NCBI GenBank assembly: GCA_009103225.1
Contig: RHPI01001168.1
Span: 403,986 to 467,985 of the forward strand
From: Chlorokybus atmophyticus
Taxonomy: Eukaryota > Plantae > Mesostigma and Chlorokybus algae
Length of the DNA: 64,000 bases
Reading direction: 5' to 3'
A program made the position numbers and the translations under genes. The stretch's first letter is position 1. Each line of letters opens with the position of its first letter. The notes beneath the pieces are model-generated. The model had not been told where the DNA came from and did no database searches. It saw only the letters and a list, made by a program, of their open reading frames with translations. Of this stretch, positions 50,601 through 64,000 are shown piece by piece.

Positions 50601-53600
50601 CAGAGCCTGGATCGCAGGCACGAGCTGCTTGAAAGTGTCCACCGCAGAACCGAGACGCGGGACAACCTTGTTGGGAGGGAGGCCGCGCTCGAGCTTGAAC
50701 ACAAGCTTGGAGTAGCGTTGGACCTTCTCCTCCATCTCCTGTGCATTGAGGTCCTGTACACGAAATGCAAGTCACACTGTCACCAATCGCTAGCAATCAC
50801 CACAGCCTTTCACACAAGACCAAACAGTGTGTGCACGCACTTGGAATGGTTGTGAGGACCAGTCTTGCGTAAGTTTGGCCCAGTCTTTGAGTGCTTGCCA
50901 TAGTGCAAGTTTCAGCTCCACGTCATCGGCCACCTCCTGCAGCTCATCGTATCGGCTCTCGGCAACCTTGAACATGCGCTGGTAGTGCACGACACGCCTG
51001 GCGCCGTCCTGCAGCTCAGCCACGCGCTCGCGCAGAGACCTGAGGCTGTTCAACACCTCCTCCCCACCCTTGGCCTCCTCTTCATCAACAGCCTTCACCA
51101 GCGGTGCATCAGAGAGAAGAGCCTCGGCACCCGCCAACACTCTCATCCCCGCCGTCTGCTTGTTGATCTCCTCGGCCTGGACGTCGAGGTCCGAGCTGAA
51201 CCGCGTGACATTGTCGTCGCGGGTGGCTTCCACTTCTTCGAGGGCCGTCTTGAAGGCGTTCACATCTGGTGTGAGGGTCTGATACGCCGCGTGTTGGAGC
51301 TCGGGGACGGGGACACCGAACTCGTCGATGATCTCATAGACGTGAGTGATCTCTTCCAACCTATCGTCGAGCTCTTTCTGTCTTGCAGTCGTGGCCTCGG
51401 CGAAGCGAAGTTGTTCCACAAACTCCTCTACGGTTGTTGGGTTTGCCGACAAACGTGCCGTCGCGTCGTGGATCTCAGCGATGTATGCCGTGTAGAGGGC
51501 GTGAGCGAGGTCAGGAAGTAGAGCGTTGAGTGAGTCGAGACACGCCACGGGTGAGGGGAGGAATGCAGCACGAAGACGACCGCTCTCTACGCGGAGGATG
51601 CCGATGTCTGATGCAGGGGAGATACGCTCGATGCTCGCCTTCTGACCATCGAAACGAACGATGTCCTCGCGAAATTTCTCAAGCGGCCTCTCACCGGCCT
51701 CATACGCCTGATAGAGAACCACAGCAATGGTCAGTGACCTACACATGTAGTTCTCACACACACGCACATGCACACGCACACGCACGCACGCACGCTTTGT
51801 CCAACCAACACAAATCTCACCTTGCGAATATGTGCCCAACTGATCTCCGAGTTGGCCACAACAGTCTGCCTGAACGGCTCAAACACGGCCTTGAACTCCT
51901 CCGCGCGTTGGAACGCCTGCGCGAGAGCCGCCTTCACCGCCTCCCCCATGCCCTGACCGTCGCCGCCGCCGTGGATGACCTCCTGGAAACCCGCGGCCGT
52001 GTCGTCGCCCTCGCTGACGGCCTCACCTCCCGCGCCGGGCTCAATCACATAACGCTGGTGACAGAGAAAAGTGGGCATAACAGCAACATGAAGATACTCT
52101 TGATTTGTGGACTACTACGCACCTTTAGGTCGTCGTGGTTGAGCAGGCGCTTGACGGCCGTCAGCGTGTCCACATAGCTGTTAAGCACGCGGTCGGTTTC
52201 ATCCTGGAAGTTTGCTGCAGAGGGCTCGAACAGGAGCTCTCCTTCCTGCACACATCACCAAACGTATCAACATACCCACTCTCACTCTTGTCTGTCAAAC
52301 AACTCTTTTCTCTCACTTACCCGATAAAGAACCTCCAAGCAAAAAAGAGGCTCGTGGCTGGTATTCACACTACCCGCAGCACCCTCAGATGTATCCATAA
52401 ACTCTATCATCGCCAGATCGGGTGTGGCTGTTGCACTTGTTGTTGGCTTCTCATCACCAGCTGTTGTGGCGGCCTCGGCTCCAGCCTCAAGTACCACATC
52501 CTCACTCTTGTTGTTATTATCATCCTCAGTGTTGGTCTGATCGTCGTCTGCGGGGGTGAGTGCGACGAGTAGGTCCCCGACAGACTTGACGAGCATGTCC
52601 TGGAGCGTGTCCCATATCATGTAGTCGGCGAGCTTAACGTAGCAGAGTAGCTTGCGCTGTTCACTTCGCCGCGCCGCCGCAATGGTATATGCGTACTTGT
52701 TCGCCGGCTCATCCCCATTACTATTATTCCCATGCTTCATCGACGCATTGGACAGCATCGTCGACGACAGCGCATGCGCCGAGTGCGACATCGACGCATG
52801 CAGGTTACTCCTCCCTTTCAACATAGCACCATGCCCATTGCTATGCTCCTTCTGCCCTCCTCCTTCCTCCACTCCATCACTCTCTTGTTTCCCATAAAAC
52901 TCCCCCAACCTCTCTTCCAGCTGTTCCAGCGCACTCTTGCACGCCTGCGCGACGGTGGCGACGGCTCCCGCCTGGAAGTCGTCCAATCTTCCATATACAA
53001 GTTGCAGGTGTTGGCGTTGGGCTTCGACAAAGGCGTGGAGAGGGGCGCAGGGCTGGCAACCGCGGTCGGCGTCGGTCTCGGCGGACTCGAGGAGAAGGTG
53101 GTGGAGACGGAGAGAGGAGAGGGAGAAGCAGAGGGCGCGGATTTTCTGGAGGGAGAGCTGGAAGACGGGGTTCAACTGGAACAGGGACTTGCTCAGAGAC
53201 ACCTGCGTACACCCTCAGTGGTTGAGTGATGTATACACATGTGCTGGCACAGCTCCGTTGTGCACACATACATACTCAGACATGTAACTACAGGGTCAAT
53301 CGCGTGCACACTCGCGCAGAAGCACTCACTCCCTCCATTAGCAACGTACTTGCATAAATGCAAACTTACGCATACACACTCCCGCATGCACGCACATACG
53401 CATGTACACACGCGCATATCAAAAACAGCACAGCACAAAGCGCGCACAAGTAGATACATCCCCCAAGCCCCCCTCCTCACCTGTGCTCTTCTGAACCTCG
53501 CCCTCCTCACGCTCCTCCTCCACACCGTGAACGCTTTCCACTCCCTGAACTGCGCGAACGCTTTCAGCTCCCTCATGGCCCTGAACAGCTGCCACTCCCT

Positions 53601-55251
53601 CTCCCACTGGTCGAGGCTGGTGAACTCCGCCCCGCCTCCTCCTGTGGAAGCCCCTGCGCCCAGGTACCGCGTCACGCCGCGCGCGGACATCGTGAAGAAG
53701 TCGGACTGGTCCACGGACTGGAAGGGGACCACCTCGAGGTCGTAGGGGTTGTAAGGCTGAGGAGGGGAGCGGACGCGGACACGTGAACCAGGAGAAGGCG
53801 AGGATGAAGAAGATGTGGGGATGTTGTGCCGAACTTGTGCTCCGCGTGTCGCCCTGCCAGCACCAGGAGAACCGGCACCGGTACTGCTACTGGTACTGGT
53901 ACTAGCGTAGGACTCTTTTTCTTCTCCCCGTCTGCGCAAGTACACGAAGTCCGTGCTTGCCGGGTGTGCTCGGAACGAATACAGTAGCGCCATGTACCCG
54001 GCGTTGTTGGGGTCATCTCCACCTGCGTGTGTCCCGGCATAGCGCGCGCTCACGTCCGTGCCCTGCGGCGTGGGCGACAGCGGCGTGGAGCGCGCGGGAT
54101 GTGCGTGGAGGTGTGGGGTGTGGCTGATGCCGGGAGCGCTGTTCTCCTTGTCAAGGAGGGGAGGGAGGCGGTGCGGCGGCGTGCGAGCGCGCTGAGAGGG
54201 TGTGGTTGGGGTTAAAGGGAGGGCTGACGATGCGGCCGAGGGAGGAGATGTCAGCAGCGGAGTGCGCGGAGTCAAGGGGCTGTGCGGGGTGGATGGAGGG
54301 GACATAGAGGTGTCTGGCTGGAACAATCCATGCTGGAAGTCCCTGTTTGTGAGAGGTGTTCAGGTTTCATCGTGTACAGCACAACAACCACATTCTGCCT
54401 TGCTCGCTGTGCGTGTGTGCGTGAGCATGCGCATGGGTGCCGCCCCTGCACACGCACACACGCATGGCATGCGTGGGTGTATGGTCGTTGTATGATACAA
54501 CGTTCGGCTCAGAAGCTATTACTGTGTATCGTAACTTGTAATCTATGTAGCTTTGTATGCACAAATGCAGAATATGACTGTGACTCACAGCTTAACATGT
54601 CTTACTTGTGCCTCGAGACAAATGTGTACAGCTACGATTTGTGTCCTTGTTGCATGACAAAACTCCATGCATGGTTCTGTAGCTACTCATTACTGACTTT
54701 CCCCAAGTGTTGAACTGCAAGCATGCTTTCAGAGGGTTACGGTTAGGAGTTAGGGCTTGGATGATGAAGACAGCAGCATGCTGCATGATACTGACACATA
54801 CAACCGTGGGTGCGCGGTTTGTGTACCTTTCTCTGAAGGGCTCCCTTCCTGGCGATGATGGAGTTCCTGCAGGGTCTCTACTGTTGAGTCCTGATGCTTG
54901 CTGCTGCCATGTGGGGCTGAGTGGTGGCAGCACCCGGACAGCCTTGTATCCCCGCTTCCTGGCGAACTTGGGGCTGAGGGTGGGGCTGGGACATCCTCCT
55001 GCCGGGGAGATGGGAGAGGGATCAACCGGCCGCTTCTGGGACCCATTACCTGGAGGCGACAGTCCCAGTCCCAAACCCGCTCCACCCTGAGGAGATAGAG
55101 CCTGGAGAGGCTTCAGGTAAACACGGGGCGGGCCGGCCAGAGGGCTAGCGGCGATGCCAGTGGGGCTAAGCACGCGGGAATGGAGACCTGTTTCCAGGGC
55201 GTCCTCCGCGGCCGCCGGGCCACCCGGCGGCGGCGGCGACGGCGCCAGCAT
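38682..55251 (-). CDS. DNAH6: Axonemal inner-arm (single-headed) dynein heavy chain, DNAH6-like (multi-exon)
   Basis: Four P-loops: GPAGTG|[21 protein letters not shown] and GVGGSGKQS. Also [16 protein letters not shown], stalk/MTBD ([13 protein letters not shown]) and C-terminal [24 protein letters not shown]. The subfamily call rests on recalled DNAH6 motifs ([34 protein letters not shown]) and is less certain than the family call. Start ATG 55251 is inferred. Confidence 0.93.
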
Positions 55252-55339
55252 CCCCCCGCACGCCAACCACCACCGCCACGTGGCGCTCTTCGCTGCACTT
55301 GAGCATTATGATGATACGCACTTGTCACGTGATACAAAT

Positions 55340-55878
55340 TAGGGTTTTCGAGTCCTGCTCCGAATCAGGTTTGATGTTCTAATCCCGGTCCAAGGACTCC
55401 ACGATCGTTTCGCGGTCATGCTGGTTGGTTAGCTGCCGGTTGATCACAGCAGATGTCGACGTTCGGTTTCAGTTCATTGCGACCCGTTACACGTCAAGGT
55501 AACTGAGATCCAGCCTGCTGGGTGGAACGGTGGAGGTGGCGTTGGCTGCAGCGGCGGCGGCGGCCGGGAACAGCGCAGGCGGCGATCGGGCTGTGGATGG
55601 GAAGAATTGTCCATATGCTACACGGCTCTATGATGCCGTGCTTTGGCTAACGCCTGCGGAGTTGGGTCCTTGAGGTTGTGTCCGAGATAATAGCAAGAGC
55701 AGCTGGGCCTGGTGTGGCCGCCTCCTCCTCGACGTACTGTGGAGCGTTGAGCTGAGCTAGAAGCGTGTGTTGCCCTGCGGTGGATTTTTCTGCAACCGCC
55801 GTGGGTCATGCGGTGGGGGCGGCAGACAAAGCAGCTAACCCTAGCCCACGCCCTTCTAGGGTTGCGGGGTTAGGGTTT
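55340..55878 (+). promoter_or_regulatory. Telo-box motifs in the dynein-TT9 bidirectional promoter
   Basis: TAGGGTTT at 55340 and 55871, AACCCTA at 55837, TAGGGTT at 55857. Confidence 0.5.
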
Positions 55879-55920
55879 GGCCGCTTCGTTCCTCAATCAT
55901 CTTCAATTTTTGGCGATGGG

Positions 55921-58900
55921 ATGGCGGCTAGAAAGAGCTACTGGTCCTCTCTATTCAAGCGGGAGCGCTTCTCGTTGGAAGAGCTACGGTGAGAATTGTG
56001 AAATTAACTAATCCTCCAGCTGCAATACTGCCATGCAATGGGACCATGTTGTCCCCTGTTCACTGCACGTGAGTTGCAACAATATTAATGACAAACAGCT
56101 ACGCAGTGTGGAATGCACAGGGCTCTTTTCCTGGAGTATTGAACTTCATGAACAGTACATTGTGTTGGCCGTTAAGTTGAACATGAAATTGAACATGAAC
56201 ATACATGCAGTTATGTGGATGTTACCAGCCCAGAGGGTTGCAAGTCTTATGTCGAAAGCTTCAGATTCGGTATTGGTTTCAGTCCTGTGGGCGAGGTTAC
56301 GCACGTATCCATCTTTTGTATTTGGGAGCAAAGTCAAGTTTTGGTATGGTGTAGTGAGTATACCTAATGCTTGCATAATATTCAGGTTTTTGTGTTCAGC
56401 CAATGTGCATGGCGAAATAACCTGCTTGTATTTGCAGTAGATGTTGATGTAGGTTGTAAATTCTTTCGCTCGATCCAAGCACCCAACAGCGTTACACAAG
56501 CATGTCCTTTACGTGTGCCAGCTCGCTATCATTCAGGTGGTCAGAGTGTTCCTTATTCGTTAAGAAGGCTACCTGTGTTTTGTGGCTGCTCAGAGGCGCT
56601 GGACGTCAGCAGTTGGGCTTGTTCAGACACGTTTTGCAGTCGACCATTGGCTCCAATTAATGTGCAACAAGACGAAATGAAGTAATGGCACACATTGTGA
56701 CGCTGACAATATGTTGCAGGCATCTTCACGAGCAATTGAGTAGGATTACGGTTGTAACAGAGTACAATAAGGTAATGTGGAAGCATTACCTACAGGGGCT
56801 GCATGCTGGTGGAGCTGCAGGAGGGTGGACAACGCGTTACAATTGTTCTCACTGCAAGTACCCCAAGCATATTTTGCATGGCAGGATGGAATCGTGGAGA
56901 CACTGCGCTCGATTGCGGAGTTGATGATATGGGGTGATCAGCATGAGCCATCATTCTTTGAGTAAGTAACTGTTACACACTATGCAGCAGCGTAGTGTAG
57001 CATGCTAACGGCACATGTGGGGTGCAGCTTCTTCCTGGAAAAGCAGTTTTTGGGACATTTTCTGCGCATTGTGTCGCACCCGGCCAACCGCAAAGGGGGA
57101 GTTGCTGTGCAGATGCTGCAGACTTTGAGCATAATGATCCAGAATATTCGTAGCGAGACTGCAATTTATTACCTGTTTAGCAACAACCATATAAACGACT
57201 TGATTGAGTATCGCTTCGACTTCACAGATGAAGAGCTCCTGGCCTACTACATATCATTTCTGCGCACCATATCTTTGAAACTCAATGAGAGGACTGTCCA
57301 GTTCTTTTTCAGACGGAGACCTGATGGCAAGACAACGTTTCCGCTATACACGGAGGCAATCAAGTTTTTCCGGCACGAGGAAGGCATGGTGCGCATCGCC
57401 GTGAGGACACTCACACTCAACGTGTACAGCGGTAAGAGTCTAGCCGCGTGTCTGTTGAGTAGCTGACAGTTCTGAAAGTTTTCCAAGTTTGTTTATAGCA
57501 GGATCACTCCTTGTATCAGTGTTCACCTCTCTGTATGCGCAGTGCACGATGAAGCTGTACAGCGCTTTGCAATGAGCAATGGGCCAGCACACTACTTTGA
57601 GGACGTTGTGAAGTATGTTCGCCAGCAATGTTTTGCACTGGATGACCTTCTTCACTCTGGGCGGTATGCTGCTTTGAGCATGCACCCATCTCGGCTTATG
57701 CACAATCTTTTGCGCCGTGCATATAGCTATCAGCGAAGCATTGGACCCATCGCTAAGTCTTACATTGGGGCAAAGCTGTGGGGTCAACCTTTCAACTGCA
57801 AGGCATCACTAAAGTCATGCCCAAAGGAAAGACATGTTTGCCTTCACAGGAACCGGACCAAGAGCACCATTGAAGGGGCGGTTGCAGAGCTACTGGATCT
57901 GCTTCACTACTGCAGTGACATACTGAAGCTAGGCATTCCAGACTTGTGCACAATGTTCACTGGCTACTTGATAGCGGACTTCATCCGACCTCAGCTGCTT
58001 TGCTCCTTAGCTCCCATGCTTCCCAGCTCACCGCGCTCACCGGTAAGCAGTCAACATGCCATTCACCACAGATTGAAGTCTACACACTACTGACGAGTTG
58101 ATGCTGTCAAACAGCCCAAAGCCTTGTTTGAGGATGCATTGCAGATGGCAGACAACCATGAGCTGTCGCCAGATGTCAAAGGGGATGCTTCCCTTGGCTC
58201 TGTTTGGCAAGAGGTCAGTCTTTGTGCATGGCCATCAGTGTTACATGTAGTGTCCATGCAACCACCTTGCTGCTAGTTAATCTAGCTCTGCTCTTTCGCC
58301 ATCTCATGACACCTTGCCTGTCCAGGACGGCTGCATTAGTTCATTGCTGGCTTTGTTCCTGCTGTCGCGCCTTGTGCACACCATTCGCTTTGGCCCCCTT
58401 TTGGACGCCATTATGCAACAGCTCACTCACTGCCCGGACGCCAAGGACTCTAGGAGTAAACCGCAAAGTTTTCGCGCTGCGCTTCTCGACCACCTTAGAC
58501 ACCATAGTGAAAAGCATGTACAGGCAGCACTCTGTGTGCTGATTGCGCTTATGCGCAGTAAAGACATAGACCATGCACTGCTGGATGCCGCAGGTCTCTT
58601 GCCCCTCAGACAGCGGTCAAAGAATCTGCTTTTGGTACGCCAAAGTAACTTTGCCTGGTTGTGATGGCACAGTCTCAATTGCTGTCTCTGTGTGTTGAGC
58701 TTATTACAACAGTGTCTCATGTCACCAGCTGTTTTGCATTTGGTACGGTTGTGGTGCTGTCGCTGGCAGCAGTACCGTGGTTGTTGTTGATGTGCACCGC
58801 TGTTGTTGCAGCAAGCGCTGACGTCCTCTGAAGCAGAGGAGCAGTTGACAACACTGTTTGTGCGCAAAGATGCAAATGGAGCTGCAGTGGATACAAGCTC

Positions 58901-60550
58901 CAGAGGTTCTAGCCTCACAGAGTCACCTGCCCAGGTTGGCACAGCTCCATGTCCTGATCTCGTTTGATGTTAGCTGTGCCTTACTGAACGCTCTGTAGGA
59001 GCCTGGCCATCAAAGGGGTGACAGCACCGAACTAGGAACAACTGGCTCTGAACGCTTCTTTGATGCTTTGTCGCTTGAGGATGATGCACAAAGCAGTACA
59101 CCTACAAGGGAAGTTCCCAACAGTGGTTACATGTCGTCGGACGCTGCGATACGGAGTCGGAATGAGGTGCAGACTGCAGCAGTGCTATGCCATGTCATGT
59201 GCTGCATCAAGTCTTGCCTGCAGTCTTGATAAGTTTTGTTTCAGATTGTGGAGTTACTGGTGGGCTTGGTTTCCAGCTCATCGCCCCCTAGCGCCCCGAT
59301 CCTCTGGTGTGCGGGCTGGCTTCTTAGACACTTGCTGCACAACGGCGGGGTGTCCACAGGGGCCCCAACTGCGACGCCAGTGTTGCAGCAACTGCTTGAA
59401 GCGCATGCTGCTTCACGTGCACGCGTCTGGAGTGAATTGGAGGACATATGGTGTGACACAGTCGCTGTCATGGTGCGTGCTGGCTGTAGTGCTTGGTGCA
59501 CAATTGAGCAATTTGCGCATCCATTGCACTGTGGCTTGCTCTGTGTGTTATAAGCTTCATCTCTGCGCAGGTGCGTGAGGAGTGGGGTGTTTGTCGTAAA
59601 CACATGCAGTCGCCGTTGTTCAGGAACGATTCAGCCACCCTGTTGCTTCCTGACACTGCTCCGTCGGTGATGTACGACGACAAGTCCAGTGCTGCAGCGG
59701 CAGAGCGCATGATCACTGCCATCAAGGTCTTTGTTGCTCTGCATCAGCTGCGACTCTGGCTAGCCAATGGCAGTGTACCTGAGCAGCCTCCGCTCCCTCC
59801 ACCCTCCACGCCCATTCTCCCTGAAACCGCCTCAGCACCTGATACTCCAGTGGATGTCAAAGAGGGAACCGAGGTTCCTTTGGGTATGTTTACACGTAAT
59901 ATCCTATGCATGACTGTCAGCTAGTAGCTTTGAGTGTTGTCACTAACAAAGCAATCACATTCTCACAGCATCCAGCCTGCACGCGTTGCCTTGCCGAGTT
60001 GCCTTTGAGAGAGGACGAGAGCGCTCAGTGTACCTAGTAGTTGTTCCTGCAGCAATGCCGGTGCCGTTGCTGGTGCTGGCAGAACCCGTACCAACGCGAT
60101 TGAACTGTGGTGTTGTGCGCGCTGTGGCTCCGCTTGTGGGTGCTCAGGTACGTGTACAGCTTTACCATGTCAGCAGGTCAGCAGTTGCACGTGGCTTAAC
60201 TCGTGGTTTTGCATGCGCAGCCCACTGTTGATCGTGAACATCCCAAATGGCTACATCTTGTGGTACGATCACCACTTCCTCCAAGGGATCATTCAATAGA
60301 GGTGGGCGGCGGCCAGATGTTTGGTGGTGCAAGGAGACGGCTCAGCGATGGGCGCTGGACGGTGGCCTTCAGCGATGAGGAGAAATCTGCCAACGCTTTC
60401 AAGTTGGTCATAGACTACATGGGGCTGCTGCAGTCTAGCACCAAGCAGGCTTTTGCCCCCATGCTGCAGGATTCGCTAGCAACTAGCAGCATGAGTTCTG
60501 CGCCGCCCAGTCCTGTAGAAGAGGAAGCACCGCTGATGTTCAGTACTTGA
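55921..60550 (+). CDS. TT9: TRANSPARENT TESTA 9 / GFS9 / CLEC16A homologue (multi-exon)
   Basis: RERFSLEELR|HLHEQL, VETLRSIAELMIWGDQH, FFLEKQ, VQMLQTLSIMIQNIRSETAIYYLFSNNHIN, EELLAYYISFLR.ISLKLN, FPLYTEAIKFF.HEE.MVRIAVRTLTLNVY and C-terminal CRVAFERG.ER / HPKWLHL. TGA at 60548. Confidence 0.93.
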
Positions 60551-63500
60551 TGCAGGCACATGTACGCGCTGCTTGTCTACTGTCACCTTTGTGTTTGTTG
60601 TGTTACCAGTCAAAGGCTTCTGCTCATATGTTGGTGCGAATGCTGCAGTCAAACCCTTTGACCTCCTAATTCCTCAGATATTCCTCGTTGCATGTATAAC
60701 ATTACAAAACTTGCAACTATGCGTCGTGCACTGTGGTAACATGGTCACAAGGCAAGACAATGAACTGCACGCATAGCAATTGCACACATACAAGCATATT
60801 ACTGAACACGGTATGAACACGAAGTTACTGCTGGTGTCTTACCTAAATTCACGCATATGACAACAAATGGCTGGTAACAGGGGCTGGCAATCAGTGGAAA
60901 ACGGCAGCTTGCATTCGAATTACAAAGACGTGCAAGTAAGTATATAATATATCATTTAATATATTGTAGAACAGATGCAAGCACATAGACAGGTCAGTAC
61001 CTTGGTGCCATCAACCTAGATACTGACCACAATGCTTGCCTGCATGACCAATGGGGTGGTAGCAATAGTGTAGGTTATGGCTTAGCGACTAGCCTAGCTG
61101 AACCGGTGGTTAATTTTACTTGCTGTCATGCTGTGCACTCACCACTTGCTTGTAATATGCATGAGCATATGCACACCTCATTTCAAGTACACAGTGCACC
61201 CAATGCAATAACCTCGTGGTGCCGTCGCAATAGCCAACCACAGAGGGTGGGCCGGCCACTCTCTACGGAAGTCATCACGCCATCCACTAGTGGCTCACAC
61301 CATACTATAGCCGCGTAGTGCCGTCATAGCTATAGCTATAAGCAGCCACAGAGGGTGCCACTATCTACTACAGTGACCAAGCTTGGCGCCACTCACGAGC
61401 GGCTCACACCATGCACACATGACAGCAGCAAGCAAGGTACAATCAACGCATGCATAAACACTGTCAATGATGCATGTTGGTGCATAGCCAATAAGGCTGC
61501 TTCAAGTCTGTAAGTAAAACGCATACCTCACACAACTAGCACACAACAAAATGTAATACATTGAGAGCAGCAATAGCAACCCGCCTACTCAAACCCGTCA
61601 CGATTGGTGTAATATGAGTCATGTCACATTTTTTGCGGAGGTGTGTATGTGACACAAACACCTCCACAGTTAGCTACCGCAATTGCAAATACATGTTCCA
61701 AAAATAATTGTCAAATCCATCAAGCTTGATTAATCTATTACCACTTATGCGCTAGATGGAGGGCAGCAAGGGGGAGCACATAAGAGTGTTGCTAACATTA
61801 TGTTGAGCAACGGACCTCGAGGTCTACTCTGCTCTTATGCGAGGGGTGCCTAGCCCGGTTGTTCAAGAGGCCATCCCCCCTCCCGTGTGGCATGCGATTG
61901 TTGACACTGTCACAGCAACACTTACTAAATGTGACACTTAGTTGATGTTGTTCTTTCTCAAATTTGCTGCACATTCGGACAGGTAAGTGTTGTGGACGTT
62001 ACAGCCAGCGCCTTCACCACCAGCCAAACCATGGCAGACTTTCGCTGCCATATGGGCCACATGGCAGTTATGTGTCTAATAACTGCATATGTGACGCTTG
62101 ATATGTACACCAGCATGCACTTTAACTTAACGAGTGTAATTCATGTCTACACATTGTAATGAATGCTCTCTAAAGCCGCTTCACATACGATATGTAAAAC
62201 TAAAACCTTTACATTTGATGTAGCATGTTACCTAGCATGCATTGTGATATTTATTTAGCTAGTTATCGTTTATCACTATTGCTTAATATATGATAGAGAT
62301 GTTTGTGCTATAAAACAACCTTTGGATGTGGAAACTTATATAAACAAAGGACAGCACACTTTAGTGTTCCAATATGTGTTTGATAAAAGTATAAATGGTT
62401 CTTTGTTGCTTATAAGCTGAAACAATGGCTCTCAAGGGTTGACGTTACCCCTTCATAAAGCCGCACATTAGTTTTATTGTAATTTCGGTACTCGAGTTAA
62501 CAAAGCCACAACACGACATGGTCTGCGTTTATGTTTTGCACTTTATTGATGTATTGCTTTCATGTTGTCTCACTGCAGGTCTTAAAATTGTGCGCCTCTT
62601 CTACTCTGTTTAATTGCAACAATTTGCTGTAGCAATAGAGCTGAAATCCGTAAAAGCTTGCCGGGCTGATTCAGCTGTGCAATGGGATAGCTCAAGATGC
62701 GCTTGAACACTTCTGGAAGCTCAACGCCAATACCACTCAGCCGGGTGCGATCGACAGCAAGCTACCCATACACAAGAAAGGCACATCAATTAAATGGATT
62801 GCATGTCGTTGAAGTTATTATAATGACATTGCTTGAGTAGGGTTATTGTACACACCTTTCTCATGTCTGTGATGGCGCCGTCAAAGACATGGGAACGGTG
62901 TGTACACTAGCGCCATTCATGGCGCAGTCGGATTTGGTGGAAAGCTCTATCAAGTACAACTTTAAGACAGATTTCGGCTCCTTCCTTGATGTTGTACTCG
63001 AGAAAGACTTTTGTAGGCTAATGGTGTCCATCCTGAATGCCTTGTAAACATGATATGGATAAGCATAAATGATGTAATTGAAACAAAGAGACATTCGTTT
63101 CTCATCAAATACTGTTATAGTGTGTAGTACATACAAGACCTCTCGCAAAAAACCATCTTTGCAGTTCAGACATGCAGTCTGGTATTCAACGCAAATGGAC
63201 TACCACTTTTTCACCTGAAGTTGTGCATCCTGCAACTATTCCTCTACCTCCAAGAGTTAGGATAACTTCTCCACGAGGGCACTGTTCTACTTTAAAAGTT
63301 TGTTGCTTCGTGCAGCTACGCCGTCATCCGAGCATTAAGATAGAGTAACTTTACACTGCCACTTTGACCTGCCAAATCTCAATGCATACCATACAACATT
63401 CGTCAGCTACACACAGACATAGACAAGAAGCTGCAACAGTTGCAACATCTGCAAACTCATGCCGTTGGTGTGGACGCACATCTATCAGTGCGCCTACTGA

Positions 63501-64000
63501 TGTACATGACGAGGGGCTGAAGTAACCATGCGCGGCCTCGCTTGCTAGTCATGCCTCCCATCCGTTGCCTTCCACATGCGCAGAAGTCTTCGAAGACAGG
63601 TAGCAAAGGCATATGATGTGCTTAAAGGATTGGGGAAAAAGGCCCGCGTTCAGTGCACGATACTCTTCAACTTTATACATTGTGTGTTCTGACATTAAAT
63701 GCATAAAGGTAGTCCTTGCAATGATCGGGCCACTTGCAACAGTCTACTCTGCCCTTGATTCGCAGTTTGCATGCAGTCGACGCTCATATGCACTTATAGC
63801 CACGTCATGTGGCTCAATGTTGTGGACCGTCAAACACAAGCATATAATTAAGGAAATGCGTAAAAGGGTAGGCCCTGATGAGGAGCACTACCATATGTAA
63901 GCACGTGTACGCGTGGTAAGAGTCAGAGCGCAGCAGCTGAGCATGCATGTTATATATGCATCCAACCTACCTTCTACCCCCCAAGCCCAAGCCGCCCCCC

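Noticed and set aside
38900-54300. Numerous plus-strand and alternative-frame ORFs over the dynein gene (also over the sugar porter, UFL1 and BTS)
   Set aside because: They are shadow ORFs caused by GC-rich codon usage and show no independent homology.
62590-62745. Possible hAT dimerisation-domain remnant on the minus strand (GVELPEVFKRILSYP / AFTDFSSIAT); similar weak hints near 11040-11130 and 20150-20270
   Set aside because: The similarity is too short and needs frameshifts; a tBLASTn/HMM search against hAT transposases would be required.

Overview
Eukaryotic genomic DNA from a flagellated green-lineage organism, probably an alga or early streptophyte. It has GT-AG introns, plant-type orthologues and an axonemal dynein; the species cannot be identified from sequence alone. 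Bases 1-14 kb are a nest of mostly decayed transposons: a Copia 5' LTR, PBS and gag start (minus), a PIF/Harbinger transposase plus its convergent Myb/SANT partner (with a 1594-bp duplication and a 4x272-bp exon array), and a frameshifted tyrosine recombinase followed by a B1-A2-spacer-B2 split-direct-repeat end typical of PAT/TOC-like DIRS-order retrotransposons. There is also a second Copia gag remnant, two further copies of the 205-bp A repeat, and a 780-bp TA-flanked MITE. Bases 14-21 kb, 37-38.6 kb and 61-64 kb are AT-richer intergenic or decayed repeat DNA. The gene-rich part holds seven genes: roadblock/LC7 (-), CPSFL1-like CRAL-TRIO (+), UFL1 (-), a BRUTUS-like hemerythrin-CHY-RING ligase (+), a polyol-type sugar porter (-), a DNAH6-like inner-arm dynein heavy chain (-) and TT9/CLEC16A (+). 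Six of the seven form three head-to-head pairs, two of them with telo-box clusters. An 805-bp (CT)n tract lies between two convergent 3' ends. No rRNA, tRNA or CRISPR array was found. The best candidate for something new is the YR-element repeat architecture. All alignments and translations were done by eye and need computational confirmation.
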